Origin: a virus
Lineage: Duplodnaviria; Caudoviricetes
IMG/VR virus record: IMGVR_UViG_3300034375_009028
Strand: one strand, 5' to 3'
DNA length: 64,000 nucleotides
Within the stretch, counting starts at the first letter, position 1. The number at the start of each line of letters is the position of its first letter. Positions 20,501 through 32,800 of the stretch are shown piece by piece. Under the pieces are notes generated by a model. That model was given only the letters and a program-made list of their open reading frames with translations. It did no database searches and was not told the origin of the DNA. Both the position numbers and the translations under genes were made by a program.

Positions 20501-23500
20501 AAAGAATGATCCTTTTATAGAACCAATACTATCAGTAAATAACCTTACATTTACTACTTCTGCCTCTCCATTAGGACCTCTTAGCCTCATACCTGGAACA
20601 ATAAATCCACGATACAGTGATTGATTGTTTTCTGATAGTGATCTAGTGTCAACGTTCAATAATATTGAAGAACTTGAATATTCTGCTGGTACTATATAAT
20701 TTTGATCATATGGACTCTCAACGTAAACATCACTAGGATTTGATATTGGTCCGTATTTGTGGTTTGACTTTGCTACTCTAAATTGAATTCTTGGTAAAGA
20801 TCTACCAAAGAATAATCTTCTTCCTCTAAAAAATCTTCCTCTTCTTCCAATTCTTGTTCCTCTGACAAGATCACCAACATTAAAAATTCCCCTAATCATT
20901 CTTATTTCGATTAGTTTTGGAACTATAAATTGATTTACATCCTGCTCATCAAAAAATCCATATAATCTTGTAAAAGGTTTGAATCTTCTTGCAGTAAATT
21001 CTATATTTCTAGATCTCATGAAAGGAATAACAGAGGTGTTGACAACTCTGTCTCCCTCACTCCTAGTTTCAACTTGTTCAGATACTCTTAGTCTTTTACC
21101 ATCTCTTTGATCAAAACCAGTTTGTGTTGTAGTGGTTACAGTTGTTGTTGTTACATCTCTAACATCAGTTCTAACAGTACCCCTTCCTCTTCTTATATTA
21201 CTTTGATTTCTCCAATTACTTCTAGTAGTTGATGATGTACTCGTAGAAGTGGATCCAGTCCAAGTAGTTTCCCAAGAACCCCAAACAATTGGACCGAGAC
21301 CAGTTTGTGCATCATAACCAGCATATTCTAGTTGTAATCTTGTTTGGGTATAATCATCTGATGTTATTGTTTGTGGTCTTAATCTAGTTTGATCAATCCA
21401 GATATCAGATGATGGGAATAACTCAATTGTACCCGCATAAGTAGTAACTAAATACGGAGTCACATTTTCAACTCTTGTTGCAAATGGATTTTCAACTATT
21501 ACTTCATCAGTATAATCTAATGTTAGTAATTGTCCAGTTTTTCTTATATTTGATCCAATAAGATCATCCACAAATTCAGAATCTGCAACTGTACCTGAAG
21601 TAGTTCCAATGCCAAGTAAAGATCTTCCACCCAAAAGCAAATCAATTTGTGTAGTAAAGTGAGAAGGTCTTAGTTCTAGATTTACTGGATCTATACTGTT
21701 AGTAACCCTAGAACTCTTAATTTGCGTTTTTCTAGTACTAAAATTATCAACATATATTCCAGATTTAAACCTTGTTAGTCCATTTGAATCTGGAATTGTT
21801 AGTGATTCTGCTTTTGACTCTAAAAGTGACAATGCAGTATAGTATTCTAAATTATTAACTCTCTGTTCTAGTTGACCAACATCCTCCATTCTATAGCGTT
21901 TATATTTGTTTAATTTTATTTCACAATCATCAATATCACACAAATATGGTGGTATTGATATAGTAGCTACTTCAAGAGCATCTTCTATAGGTATTGGTGG
22001 CAAAGGATCTTCTGAAGGAACTCCATTTAACAACTGAAATTCTCCAGTTTTTAATAGGAACAATTTATCAATTCTTGCCAAGTAGTGAGAATATGTTAAT
22101 CTTATAGATTCATCTGATGCAAGAATATTTTTTGCAGAATTATTTGAGTCTGAAAATTGTCTTGAAGTAAATTCAAATGGTGATAGTTGTGAATTTGAAT
22201 TGAATGGTAATACCCTTGGTCTAATATCAATAATGTCTGAGGTTCTGACATCATTTTTTACACTTAATAAGTCACAATAATCAAACTGAGAATAAGAATT
22301 GGCGGTTGTAATATCACCATTTTCAGAAGAAGAAAACTCTCCAGATTCGAAAATAACTTTTATCTGATTTTTTGGACTTTTGGAATTTTCCTTCCTAATG
22401 ATTCTAGAATAATCACAAATAGTATCTCTTTGCCCAGAATCTAAAGTGTATCTATCTGTTATATTTGTGGATCCTTGTCCAATGTCTGAAATTGTTCCTA
22501 AAATATTGCTTTTTTCTGATCTTACTGTCTCACCAATAATAAATGCAAGATCGCTTAAATAAACTATAGATATTTTTGAAGAATTTATATTTTCTACATA
22601 AATTGCTTCAGCTTCAGAAGTTTCTCCTTTAATCACTTCAGAAATAACTAAATCATCAGTTCTACCAGTTTGACCATTTAAATTTGCTAATGTTAAAGAA
22701 GGTAATACAGGTTCAAATGTATCTGAAGATTCAAAAATAGCATATACTTTAGTTACATCAGGTTCTAACAAGCAAATTTCTTTATCCTGAACTCTTAGAC
22801 CATAACCATAACTTCCATATTCTAGTCCATCATCTAAAGTCGTACTTCCAATACCAGAAGAAACTGATGTAGATTTATTTACAATAATAGAGTTTGCTCT
22901 ATTAGCAGTTTTTGTTCTACTAGTGACTCTATTTTTTGATAATGTTGCTATAAGTCTTCCAGGTCCATTGGTAGACATTCCATATATGGTGATTGATTTT
23001 GATCCATCACCATATATAAATTTATCGCCTGTCAATACTTCAAAATCACCATTAGAATTTATTAATACATACCTTTCTTCATCGAATGGTAAAAATGCTT
23101 CATCGGATTCACATTGAATTGTATTAGTAACATTCTGATTTATTACTAAATTAAATTCTTTTCTAATTGTAATTTCTGATTCTGTTAAATCAACATTAGA
23201 AATATATTTTTTTGGTAATGGTGTATATAAAGTATTATCTGTAGATGATTGCAATTTTGTTCCAATCAAACTAAAGTCCAATGCAATAACATCAGAAGAA
23301 GAAGGCATTAAACCATAATTTATTCCTGTTACTTCAGTAACACTTGTAATTCCAATAGTATATTCATCTGTTATACTTACTACTTTACCATAAGTTTTAT
23401 ATTCTGGAGACACTAATCCAGTATTTGTAAATGATACATAGTCTCCAACTTTAAATATTTTATCTAGTTGAACATCTGTTGAAACAACAGTAGATACATT

Positions 23501-25237
23501 AGCAACTGCTTGCCCAACAGTAACTTGACCTACACTAGTGTAATTAGAAAGTTTTGTGTCTGCATTAAAAGTCTCACCAATACCAATTGTACTATGTAAT
23601 GATTTTACATCTAAAGTTTTATATTCTGTTACACTAGTAATTAATGAATTTCCATCTACACCATTGAGAATTAATTTCTCACCTTTTATAAATTTTCCTC
23701 TTGTACCATAAACAGTTGCAATTCCTGCACTATTTGTGTCAAATCTTAAATGCCCACTTGCTCCACTAGACTTACCTTCAATATAAACTGGAGTTGTCCA
23801 TGAAACAGAAGAATTTAAATTTAATTCTGTATAGTATTGTGTATCATATAAAGATATGTCCCAAGTATTTAATTCTTGAACAGCAGTATCATAAGATCCA
23901 CCTTCTAAAGCATAATCATATATTCTTGATATACCAATTTCTTTGCCACTAGGAATAAATTGGTTTTCTCCAATTCTACTATCTCTTAAACTAATTAAAG
24001 ATGATGTAGTAAATCCAATTCTTGGAGCACCAACGACTCTATTAAGAGACATTGATGGACCAGTAAAATAGTTTATTGCTTGGTTTTCTAATGTACTAGT
24101 TGTTCTTGGTTTTTGGAAATCTAGATATGTTGAAGTTAAATATTCTATCTCATAACCCTTAACATATGCTTTTCCTGGAGAAATTTTATATGTCCCCAAA
24201 GATTCTCTAGGTACATTACCATTTCTAGTTAATTGATTTGATTTAAATACTCCATCATTACCTTTTCTATCATCTAGAGTTTCTTTTGCAGACACTGAAA
24301 ATGATTTTACATAAAAATCACCAGATTGCTCATAAGTTCTTCTAGCAAGCTCATCTCCAATATCATTATAAACTGATCTGTTATATGCTTTCTCAACGCC
24401 TCCTGATCTTACAATAAAGAGTTCTACAAAGTTTTCATGTTTATCTACTTCTATTGGTCTTTTTGCTAAAACAGCTCTTATTTGTAGTCTATCTGCACCA
24501 GGAGCTGCATAATTATTGAATCCAGAAGCATTATCGTTTAAACTATTATCTTGTCCAGATGTTACAATATTTTCATAAATTTCAAATCCAATTCTATATG
24601 ATGGATTATTCTCATGAGGTTCTAATATTAAAGTCTGTGCTAAAACCTTTACAAAAGTTCCTCTTAGATAGTAAACTCCTTCCTGCATAAAAACTGCAGA
24701 ACCAATAGAAGTTGATTGTGTAGGTGCAGTGGTTGTAAATGCTTGCCCTTGCTGAAAAACTGCAGCAGTTGAATTTAGATTTTCTTCTAAAATCAATAGT
24801 TCATTATCATCAAATACCGCCTTATCATCATTTCCAGTTGAAAGATAATTTATGTATAATGTAATATACCCTCTATCAGAATATTCAGTTCCTATACTAT
24901 CAACTATTTTTGCCTTAAGATTTGAATTTTGTCCCCTAATTGTAATCCCAGCCAAATCTCCCCTGAATGAGTCTAAATTTATTCCTAGATATTGACTCTC
25001 TACTTCTACACAATTTAATTCATTATTATAAGAATAATTTCCAGGAATAACTACTGACCCCTCTTTAAACAAATGTGTTCCAATTTGTTCAACTTGGTTT
25101 TGTAAAATAGACTGTAAAGTTGTAAGTTCTCTAGATTGTACTGGAAAACCTGGCTTAAAAAGAACTTTATGATATCCTTTTAGGGGATCATAATCATCAA
25201 AATAGGGAGATATATTTAAATTTGTTTCTTGTGGCAT
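17519..25237 (-). CDS. Giant virion structural protein (VrlC-like/DUF4815-type of cyanomyoviruses)
   Basis: N-terminus TNLNISPYFDDY...FKPGFPVQSRELTTLQSILQNQ; DPLAQSF motif; lies between gp8 and gp13. Confidence 0.85.
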   Translation of the reverse strand: MPQETNLNISPYFDDYDPLKGYHKVLFKPGFPVQSRELTTLQSILQNQVEQIGTHLFKEGSVVIPGNYSYNNELNCVEVESQYLGINLDSFRGDLAGITIRGQNSNLKAKIVDSIGTEYSDRGYITLYINYLSTGNDDKAVFDDNELLILEENLNSTAAVFQQGQAFTTTAPTQSTSIGSAVFMQEGVYYLRGTFVKVLAQTLILEPHENNPSYRIGFEIYENIVTSGQDNSLNDNASGFNNYAAPGADRLQIRAVLAKRPIEVDKHENFVELFIVRSGGVEKAYNRSVYNDIGDELARRTYEQSGDFYVKSFSVSAKETLDDRKGNDGVFKSNQLTRNGNVPRESLGTYKISPGKAYVKGYEIEYLTSTYLDFQKPRTTSTLENQAINYFTGPSMSLNRVVGAPRIGFTTSSLISLRDSRIGENQFIPSGKEIGISRIYDYALEGGSYDTAVQELNTWDISLYDTQYYTELNLNSSVSWTTPVYIEGKSSGASGHLRFDTNSAGIATVYGTRGKFIKGEKLILNGVDGNSLITSVTEYKTLDVKSLHSTIGIGETFNADTKLSNYTSVGQVTVGQAVANVSTVVSTDVQLDKIFKVGDYVSFTNTGLVSPEYKTYGKVVSITDEYTIGITSVTEVTGINYGLMPSSSDVIALDFSLIGTKLQSSTDNTLYTPLPKKYISNVDLTESEITIRKEFNLVINQNVTNTIQCESDEAFLPFDEERYVLINSNGDFEVLTGDKFIYGDGSKSITIYGMSTNGPGRLIATLSKNRVTSRTKTANRANSIIVNKSTSVSSGIGSTTLDDGLEYGSYGYGLRVQDKEICLLEPDVTKVYAIFESSDTFEPVLPSLTLANLNGQTGRTDDLVISEVIKGETSEAEAIYVENINSSKISIVYLSDLAFIIGETVRSEKSNILGTISDIGQGSTNITDRYTLDSGQRDTICDYSRIIRKENSKSPKNQIKVIFESGEFSSSENGDITTANSYSQFDYCDLLSVKNDVRTSDIIDIRPRVLPFNSNSQLSPFEFTSRQFSDSNNSAKNILASDESIRLTYSHYLARIDKLFLLKTGEFQLLNGVPSEDPLPPIPIEDALEVATISIPPYLCDIDDCEIKLNKYKRYRMEDVGQLEQRVNNLEYYTALSLLESKAESLTIPDSNGLTRFKSGIYVDNFSTRKTQIKSSRVTNSIDPVNLELRPSHFTTQIDLLLGGRSLLGIGTTSGTVADSEFVDDLIGSNIRKTGQLLTLDYTDEVIVENPFATRVENVTPYLVTTYAGTIELFPSSDIWIDQTRLRPQTITSDDYTQTRLQLEYAGYDAQTGLGPIVWGSWETTWTGSTSTSTSSTTRSNWRNQSNIRRGRGTVRTDVRDVTTTTVTTTTQTGFDQRDGKRLRVSEQVETRSEGDRVVNTSVIPFMRSRNIEFTARRFKPFTRLYGFFDEQDVNQFIVPKLIEIRMIRGIFNVGDLVRGTRIGRRGRFFRGRRLFFGRSLPRIQFRVAKSNHKYGPISNPSDVYVESPYDQNYIVPAEYSSSSILLNVDTRSLSENNQSLYRGFIVPGMRLRGPNGEAEVVNVRLFTDSIGSIKGSFFIPNPNVPSNPSFEAGTKVFRLTNSSTNTKIGGLVDSSGEEQYFASGTMNTVQETIRSTRKPRFEVVDTTERRPAVPDVQVTTAVDRSQETRSRFIPDPPPPPPPPPPAPPPRPQVFPQPVSAGRGRPAPAPNQGRRGQRNPPRRNPPSAGRFARQLIRSTRNRDPLAQSFLVSETNGIFVTSVDLFFRTKDPIIPVTVQLRPMVNGYPTNEVCPFSEVVINPQQVFTSEDSLTVTEVFFPSPIYLEGNKEYAIVLLSDSNDYTVWISKMGEIDVSTLLQEESRQTLVSQQPDLGSLFKSQNGSTWTASQYEDLKFRLYAATFNNDSPGTISFFNPRLDLGNDQIATLVPDPLEFESRKVIITTTNVIDITSLDIGNTIKQQNNSFVRGDVVGYGGSASGQLTITNAGIGYTPSDGSSFTFNGVSLTSVSGLGKNATADITIGADGSTNGVAIAATINSGGFGYQQGDVVTIDSIGSQPLGKNAQFTISNINGINQLVVDNVQGNFENNTSKSLLYDNSLGITTTIFDTGGADSVISNIEISSPFEDGLHIKVNHKNHAMHSKTNVVQLSEVGSDIEPTSLTAEYTFSDSGPVSIASTTNFTTFENIEVSATNPGYILINDEIISYTGISNGTLTGITRQIDNTQSISYPEETTVFKYENNGISLRRINKLHYLQDALVPRSIGFDFYYIKLDTSQNGINRDSDPSVQKLYIRKSKSDGGELVNATQNIQYESMRPIVQTLVLPETNVTAKLKSITGTSVDGNEVSFLESPIVDITLDETNYFTEPRLITSTVNESIHNTNLISNKSLELELSLSSADIRVSPVVDLDRIGVILTSNRVNAPITDYVNDPRTSTLNSDPNEFIYCNLPVELENPATSLKVLLSAHVNIFNDVRVFYSISNTTENDPVYYPFPGYNNLDVNGNVIDISASDGLSDKKVVKTDVLSSNTNDVLFNDYTFTADDLPEFRYFSIKIIGSSTSQSNPPRIKDLRVIALA

Positions 25238-25251
25238 GATTTTAACGGAAT

Positions 25252-26835
25252 TTAGAATTGTAATACAACTTTAATGTCTTCTCTTTGATTCACAGATCTT
25301 GTAATAGATGGTCTATTATCAACATAAATTATGTTTCCCGAATATTTTTCTACCTCTGGTAGAGCAACTCCATTTACAAAATTTTGCCCTAAATAATACG
25401 TCTTATTATTTATGACAGTACTTATACCTGGATTATTATTTTGACCAAATCCACTATCAATATATAGGTCACTAGAACCACCTACAATTTTCAACTCTCC
25501 ACCATCTGATACGCTAGATGTAAATTTGTTTATCGATAATCCATAGGTTGGTCTATCATTTATTGTTCCATCGGTGTTGAATCCAACTATAGACCTATCC
25601 TGCCAATACTTTAAAACTCCTGTCTGACTATCATAAGAAAGAACTCTACCAACAGCGGTCACTCCAGTACCAATTGTTTGGGTTATTATTGAATTTGGTT
25701 CATATCTTGTAGTTTTATAATCATCTTGGTTTGGTGCTAAACCAATAAGTTTTATAGCGTCTAAAGAAGTTACTCTATCATCAGTAAGTATTGTATTTGA
25801 ATTATAAGATAATGGATTTTTGATTATACCTATTCTAGATACTTTTGTTCCCGTAACAAAATCTGGATTCTGAACATCATTCTCTATTCGCGAATAGAGT
25901 AATACATTTGTAGAACCCAATTCCCTGTATACATCATATCCATGTCCATTTACTGGTGGGATAATAACATCAAACTTTGGAGATGATGCACCTAAAGGAA
26001 CAGAACCTTTAATTAAATCTACAGTACCAAAAGTGTAACCACTTCCACCCTTAGATATTGTAACAGATTCTACTTTTGCATCATTATTCACAACTATTGT
26101 ACATTCTGCTCCTGTACCATCACCAGATATTGGTACATTTGTATATGTCGTATTTGGTGGTCCAACTAAAAGACCTCTATCCTTTATAAAAATAGTTTTT
26201 AATTGACCACTAGATAATGCATTATTTCTAATATTAGTATATTCCGAATTTGATTCCCAATCAGTTGGAACTGGAATAAAATTTAAGGAGTCAAATTTTA
26301 CAATATCGTTTGGATTGATAGTATACAGATACTTCCAAACATATCCATCACCACTAGTTCCAGCAGATCTTGGCTCTAAATCTGTAAAATTTGGTTCATC
26401 TAGTGAGGGTTTTCCATTTGTATTTTCTGGATCCAATCCATTATTTAAACAAACATAAACCCTAAATTGACTATTAATTACATAAAAATTTGATGAATAT
26501 AAACTTGTTTTGTTGGACGGTCTAGAAAGATTTGTCCTAGAAATATCATGTCTGTATGAATCATAAATCGTTCCAGATTCCCATTGAATTTTTCTAACAA
26601 CGAGTCTTATGTCATCTGGTGATATTTTTTTTAATGCTATTAATGATTCCCAATATGAATTATCTTCATCGAAACAGTCTTTTGGGGAAATTGGATTACT
26701 ATCCCAAGAAGGACTTATAGAATCTGAATTTGGTAGTCCTACAAAAGTATAGTAAGACTGATTAGAATCTCGAATATCCTCCACAAAAGATTTGGCATTA
26801 TTTATTCTCAAGTAATCAGTTATGATTGCAGCCAT
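25252..26835 (-). CDS. gp8: Baseplate wedge subunit
   Basis: DGYVWKYLYTI, FIPVP, C-terminal SGNIIYVDNRPSITRS.NQREDIKVVLQF; AATAAATA at 26861-26868. Confidence 0.88.
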   Translation of the reverse strand: MAAIITDYLRINNAKSFVEDIRDSNQSYYTFVGLPNSDSISPSWDSNPISPKDCFDEDNSYWESLIALKKISPDDIRLVVRKIQWESGTIYDSYRHDISRTNLSRPSNKTSLYSSNFYVINSQFRVYVCLNNGLDPENTNGKPSLDEPNFTDLEPRSAGTSGDGYVWKYLYTINPNDIVKFDSLNFIPVPTDWESNSEYTNIRNNALSSGQLKTIFIKDRGLLVGPPNTTYTNVPISGDGTGAECTIVVNNDAKVESVTISKGGSGYTFGTVDLIKGSVPLGASSPKFDVIIPPVNGHGYDVYRELGSTNVLLYSRIENDVQNPDFVTGTKVSRIGIIKNPLSYNSNTILTDDRVTSLDAIKLIGLAPNQDDYKTTRYEPNSIITQTIGTGVTAVGRVLSYDSQTGVLKYWQDRSIVGFNTDGTINDRPTYGLSINKFTSSVSDGGELKIVGGSSDLYIDSGFGQNNNPGISTVINNKTYYLGQNFVNGVALPEVEKYSGNIIYVDNRPSITRSVNQREDIKVVLQF

Positions 26836-26870
26836 TTCTAGTATCTAACTAAGATTTGTTTATTTATTTA

Positions 26871-29800
26871 TCAGACAAAATACCCATCATATTTTAGTGG
26901 GAGTTTTCTACGCAAAATTGGGTTTGTTCCTATACCAGATTGATTTTCAGAGAATGCAGTAAATGGTTTTGCTCTAAGTCTTCTTGTTAAATCAACTTTA
27001 CCCCAGACATAATTGCCAAACAATTCTACACTATTAAAACCAGTATTACTTGGATTCTGCCCAGGAGCTAAATTTGACAGTATAACAATAACATTTTTAA
27101 CTGTAGTTGTTATACCAACAGGTAATCCAGATATTCCAGATGGTATTGTAACTATTTTTTCTGACCAATCATAGCATTGAACTACCATATCAGTAAAAAT
27201 AGTTGATATTCCAACTGGATCTGGTAAAGGTCCAGTTTGTGCAGTAAATCCAGAAGGTAAAGAAACTCTACCTCCACTTGGATCTCCAAATACAGTATGT
27301 GTAATATTAAAATAATCTCCTGTAGTTATACCAACATCATACACTCCATTCTTTCTTAAATCCGAATCCATAGGAATAAATAAATCTAGTCCAAGGAAAT
27401 ATTGATTTGTTGATTCTGAAATTCTAGACGTGTCAAAACCAACTATTACTCCATAATCACCATAATAATTAACAAAAATTGATTCCTCAGTATTTCTCCA
27501 TGGTGGTGCAATTAAAATTGGAGGTGGTTCAATTTCATTTACAATAAACTTTATAGAGTTTTCTAAAGGCCATCTTCTATAAGAACTTGCAAGACCAACG
27601 TTATCATAAACTTTAAGTTCTAATATATCACCAACAGAATAATTGACTCCCTTATCATTAATTGATGTTAATGATGTAATGGAAGTTTCTGAATTGACCG
27701 ATATATCTACGGTTGCATTTCTTCCAACACCAGTTACCGTATGTAATTTTGCACTCGTCATTATGGTTTCGCCACCAAATAAAGGTGGAAATCCAGATCC
27801 TTGAGAATAAATTGATAGTGTCTTTATTGGTCCATTGTAATAATTTGTTCCCCCATAACTAACATTCACACTATTTACAGAAGATCCCGACATTAATGCA
27901 AAAGCAGTTGCTTGAGATCCATCTATAAATGGTTTTTGTATAGTTATTTCTGGTGCCGCTGTGTACCCAAATCCAGGATTTGTAACATTTATACTATCAA
28001 TTGTACCATTTGTATTTAAAACTACCTCTGCTTCTGCAGAAATGAGTTGATCTGTAGGTATAATCTCAATTCTTCTTTGTTCTGTTGGTTCTATACCTTC
28101 TCTTGAAATATTGAACAGTGATGTATCAAAAACATAAACATGTTCTGATGTTATTGCAATACTATTGAGTATATTTGTAGTTGGATTTATTATTGGTTCA
28201 TAATAAACTCTATCTTTACCAATAAAACTATTATCGATTATTATATCTTGTTCTTGCTTAATCCAACTAATAGGTCTCTCATATAATTCATCTAAAACAA
28301 CACCAACATTTGCATAATTATTAGTAATAATTGTATCAGCTGACTTCACATCTACAACAAGTCTTTCTTCTTGAGTAAGGTTGGAATCTACATCACTAAA
28401 AATCTGTACATTATCTCCTACTTTTACTGAAGGTAAAACTCTTACAAGTCGAACATCAATTTCTGATGTTCCAGTATATGCTAAAATCTTTACAGTATCA
28501 CCAACAGTACTAAATCCAACTAATTGACCTTTAGGTGCTTCTGTAAATCTGATTCTACTTCCACCATTAAACTGATAACCTTCTCCTGGAGTTTGTAGTA
28601 CATCATTTACAAATACCAATAGATTTGACTGTAAACTAATTCCAGAACTAGTTTTTGCATAGAATGATATATCTTCACCATCTATCTGTAATGGGAATAA
28701 TCTTCTTACTCCATTAAAATATTTGGAAATATCATCCAATATTATAAATTCACCAACGTTCCAACCAGAGAACTTTGATCTGAATACTTCTGTAACGTTT
28801 AATTCAAAATGTTCAAAATTTGATATGCCAGTTAATGTTGGTATGCCAACAGTTCCCCCAATAGAGACTGTAAGTAAATCATTTTCATTATATCCATATC
28901 CATAATTTTTAATCTCAAAAGAACGTATTGTTCCATCATTACTTGGAACCAAATCTACCGTTGCTTCTGTACCAATTCCACTAGAACCTTGTGAATATAT
29001 TAATGGCAAATTTGTATAACTTAAAGGTGCATCAAAAATAACTTCTGGTGGATTTGATTGATCATATCCTGATAGAGAATTAGTTATGTTTACAGAAGTT
29101 ACATATCCACCATTTACTACAGCTTCTCCAAAGTACACAATTGTATCAGAATCTGTTCTTACACCAACTTTTACTGTTTGTAAACCAGATCTATATCCAG
29201 ATCCAGTGTTACCAATAGCAACAGAGGTAAGAACGCCTAACGGATTAATTATTGCTGTTCCACCAGCACTTACTAGTGGTTGATATCCAAATCCTTCTGT
29301 AGATCCTACGCTAACTATTATACCACCTTTTGGTAAACGATTTACATTTACATCCTTAGTTATTGTTGGGTCTGTTGGATTCAAGTTAAATCCTACTTTT
29401 AAATTTCCACCATCAACAAAAAGTTTGTAGTCTCCATAAATGCTGTATTTTGGAGTGCTTATTCTTTGAGGTCCTTGGAATATACCATCAATTAAAAGAA
29501 TTGTATTTGTGTAAGGGATATTTGTAATATTATTTCCCTCATAACTTAAATTGAATGTTGTTGATATACCATTAAATTGTGTAGTAATATCATCATAAAC
29601 ATAGTTATTATCATATGCTTTGTCGAAATCGTTAGTGTATAAAAAGTTAAGTGCGGATCTTAAAAACACTCTCCCACTAAATTTTGAAGATGTGGTCAAT
29701 CCAGTATAGTCAATTTCATTTGCAGATGTTGCAGTAGTTCCAAATCCTACAGGTATTTTGCCCCATATTCCCTCTGAGAAGTTTAAATTATTACCAACAA

Positions 29801-32800
29801 TATTAAAATTACCAGAAAGTTTTGATATTATTTGATTGGAATTGTGAGTATCCTCTTTTGTTCCAACTACCGATCTATCAACATTAATTTGATTGAGTGA
29901 TTTATTTACAGATTTTACCAACACAATCTCATTATCAATTTCTAGTAAATCTCCAGACTTAATAAAGTCGATAGTATTTACTGATATATTTGTATCACCA
30001 ATTCCAATAGAACTTGAAGTTGCTATAGTATATCCAGATCCAACAAGTGGTGATTGAATAGCTCCATTTATTGTTATAAGTAGTCTATTATTTGCATCAA
30101 TAGATCTAATTCTATGAGTAACTCCAGCACCAACTCCTACAATATCTACTCTATTTGGGTTAAATTGTAAAGAATCACCTACTGTTGCTGCTATACTTAT
30201 TTTCTGATTATCTTCCTTAATAATATAGAATCTGGAAGGTAATCTTGATGTTATTCCTATTCCTGGCCAATTAATTGGAGATATTTGTATTCCATTGTTT
30301 GGATTTTCATCGTGTGGTATGTATTCAACCTCCTCACCACTAACGAAGTAGTGATTTCCTAAGTTTATATTGTTTTGATCTACAAGCACTACATTAGAGT
30401 CTGTTCCATCAAATTCAACCTCAAATATTGGATTATTCTTTTCAAAAATCCCAAATGATTTAGTGTTAGAATCAAACTGATCACTAATATCATCTATAGT
30501 TAAAACTCTGTTACCTATAAATTCTCTATACTCTGCCAAAAACGGTAAATTAAAAAGTATCTCATTAGATACAAGAGATTCATCTACTTTAATACTCTTT
30601 TCTCTGGCAATATCAAAATCTTTAACTGCATTAAGATTCACTGATTCTGTGAGATCTGATATTGCAACAACAACGTTATCATCTTGTTCTGTTGGCATTC
30701 TATAAAGATCATTATCAGATGGTTCCAAAATCAGATCACTGAATTTTTTAAATCCAACAGTATGTGTTAAATTACTAACCAGAGGATTCCAAACAGTAAA
30801 ATCTAATGGAGATTTTACCGAATATGAAAAATATTGATAATAATCATTGTCAGACAATCTTTGGAAAAATGTATTTAACTTACCAGTTTCTTTTTTCCAT
30901 CCCTCTCTAACTATACTGCTTGAAGATACTTTGTAATCTCCTTCAGATCCAAAGGCTGATGATATTAGTGCCAGATTTTTTGAAGATTGACCATAAATTA
31001 TATCTCCAGGTGAGAATTTTTTATTGGTTCTAATTTTTATATACTCATTGTTCTGGTCATATCTTTCCACAACTCCAACATTGTCTTCATATATGACTAA
31101 TTCATTTTCATTAAATGAACCCTTTTCTAGGGTAATATCAAAGATTGGAAAATATGATTCTGGTGTTGCTGTACCAAAAGATTCAAATTCATCATAAACT
31201 CCTGGAGATTCACCAACTTTAAGTACATCTGATATATTATATACAATAGAAGGAAACTCGCCACCGATGTTTGGATCTGATTGCTTAACTTTAAATAGAG
31301 AATATCCATATGATGAAGAGTTATAACCCTTTCCGCCAATATTTAAATCAATATTAGTATTTTCAATGATTACATTATCACCAACATTAAATGGAAAGTC
31401 TGAAGCATTTGCAAAAGTAACCGCAAATGCGACTGTAACATCATTAGTAATGCTATCAAACGTAATATTACTAATTCTAATTCCATTTGGATTATTTACT
31501 GGTAGTATTTTTGGTGTAACATTGTATAGCCCAGTAGTATTTCTAATAATATTTACTTCAGTATCTCCAATATCATATCTAAGTCTTGCTTCAGTATTAA
31601 CTCTTCCAGTGAATCCATCAATAACAACTAATTGTGGAGGTACAAAGTAATTTGTACCGAAAGATGATATTTTTATCTTTTTGAATTTTGATAACGGTTC
31701 TATTTTATATGTACTTGGGAAAATTGCAGATGGTCTTAATGTTTTATCTGAAGGATAGTCTAATCCAAGATTTAATAATTTTATATTATCTATCTTACCA
31801 ATTGACTTTGAAAATGGTAAGAAAATAGCTCCAGAACCCTGTGAAGATACTACTTTAGTAACATAGGGTAAAGTTCTATAGTTTCTTCCTTGTGATACTA
31901 AAGAGACTTCTGCTATTGGACCAGTACCATAAATGGATTTGTATGTAATTATTCCATCATTTTCACTATATGAAGATTGTTCTGGATCAGAGTCTAGTGG
32001 TATTATAAAAGATGTGGTGGTTATTCCAGATATATTTGATTTACCAGAATATACACTATCAAGAATTTGTATTGAACTAGAGTTTTTTATATTACTAAAA
32101 TCTACCTTTAAATTTAACTTTGTTACTGGAGTATTTGGTAGATTGATAGGAGTTAACTTATAGTAAAGTGTTTTTGGAGTATCAGAGTCTATTTTTATTT
32201 GAACATAAGCTCCATCAGAACCAATGTCCCCAACATAAGTTACATTGAAGGTATCTGTTTTATCTGAAGAAGAATAATACTTATTTGTGAAGTTAACATC
32301 AGTATAAAATTCAAATTTAAAAGATGGGTCTTCATTATATTGCAATGATCTATCAGATAGATCAAATATTATATTTTCATTTTTATAAAATTTCAATTCT
32401 GGATTTATAAGAGATATTGATCCATCTTGTTGAGATCCAATATTTACTAATATTGAAGAATCTAACTCAGATATATCGGAATAATACTTTGTAGATAGTG
32501 CAATCGTATTAGAATTTATACTTATAATATAATAAATTCCAGAATTTATTAGTCCGATTGATGGACTTTCTGAATTATAAATTACCTTATCTCCAGTTTT
32601 AAATTGGTGGTTATTAATGGTTATTGTATTTAAATCAATATCTACATCAGAAGAACTAAATTCAGTTTTATTAACTAAGGTTCTATAAACTAAATTATCA
32701 TAAGATACTTTTATTGTTCTAGTTTTATTGCTGGACAAAGACAAATCTATTTCATTTCCAGCAACTAATCCATGAGGTGATTTTGTTATTATATTAGCAT

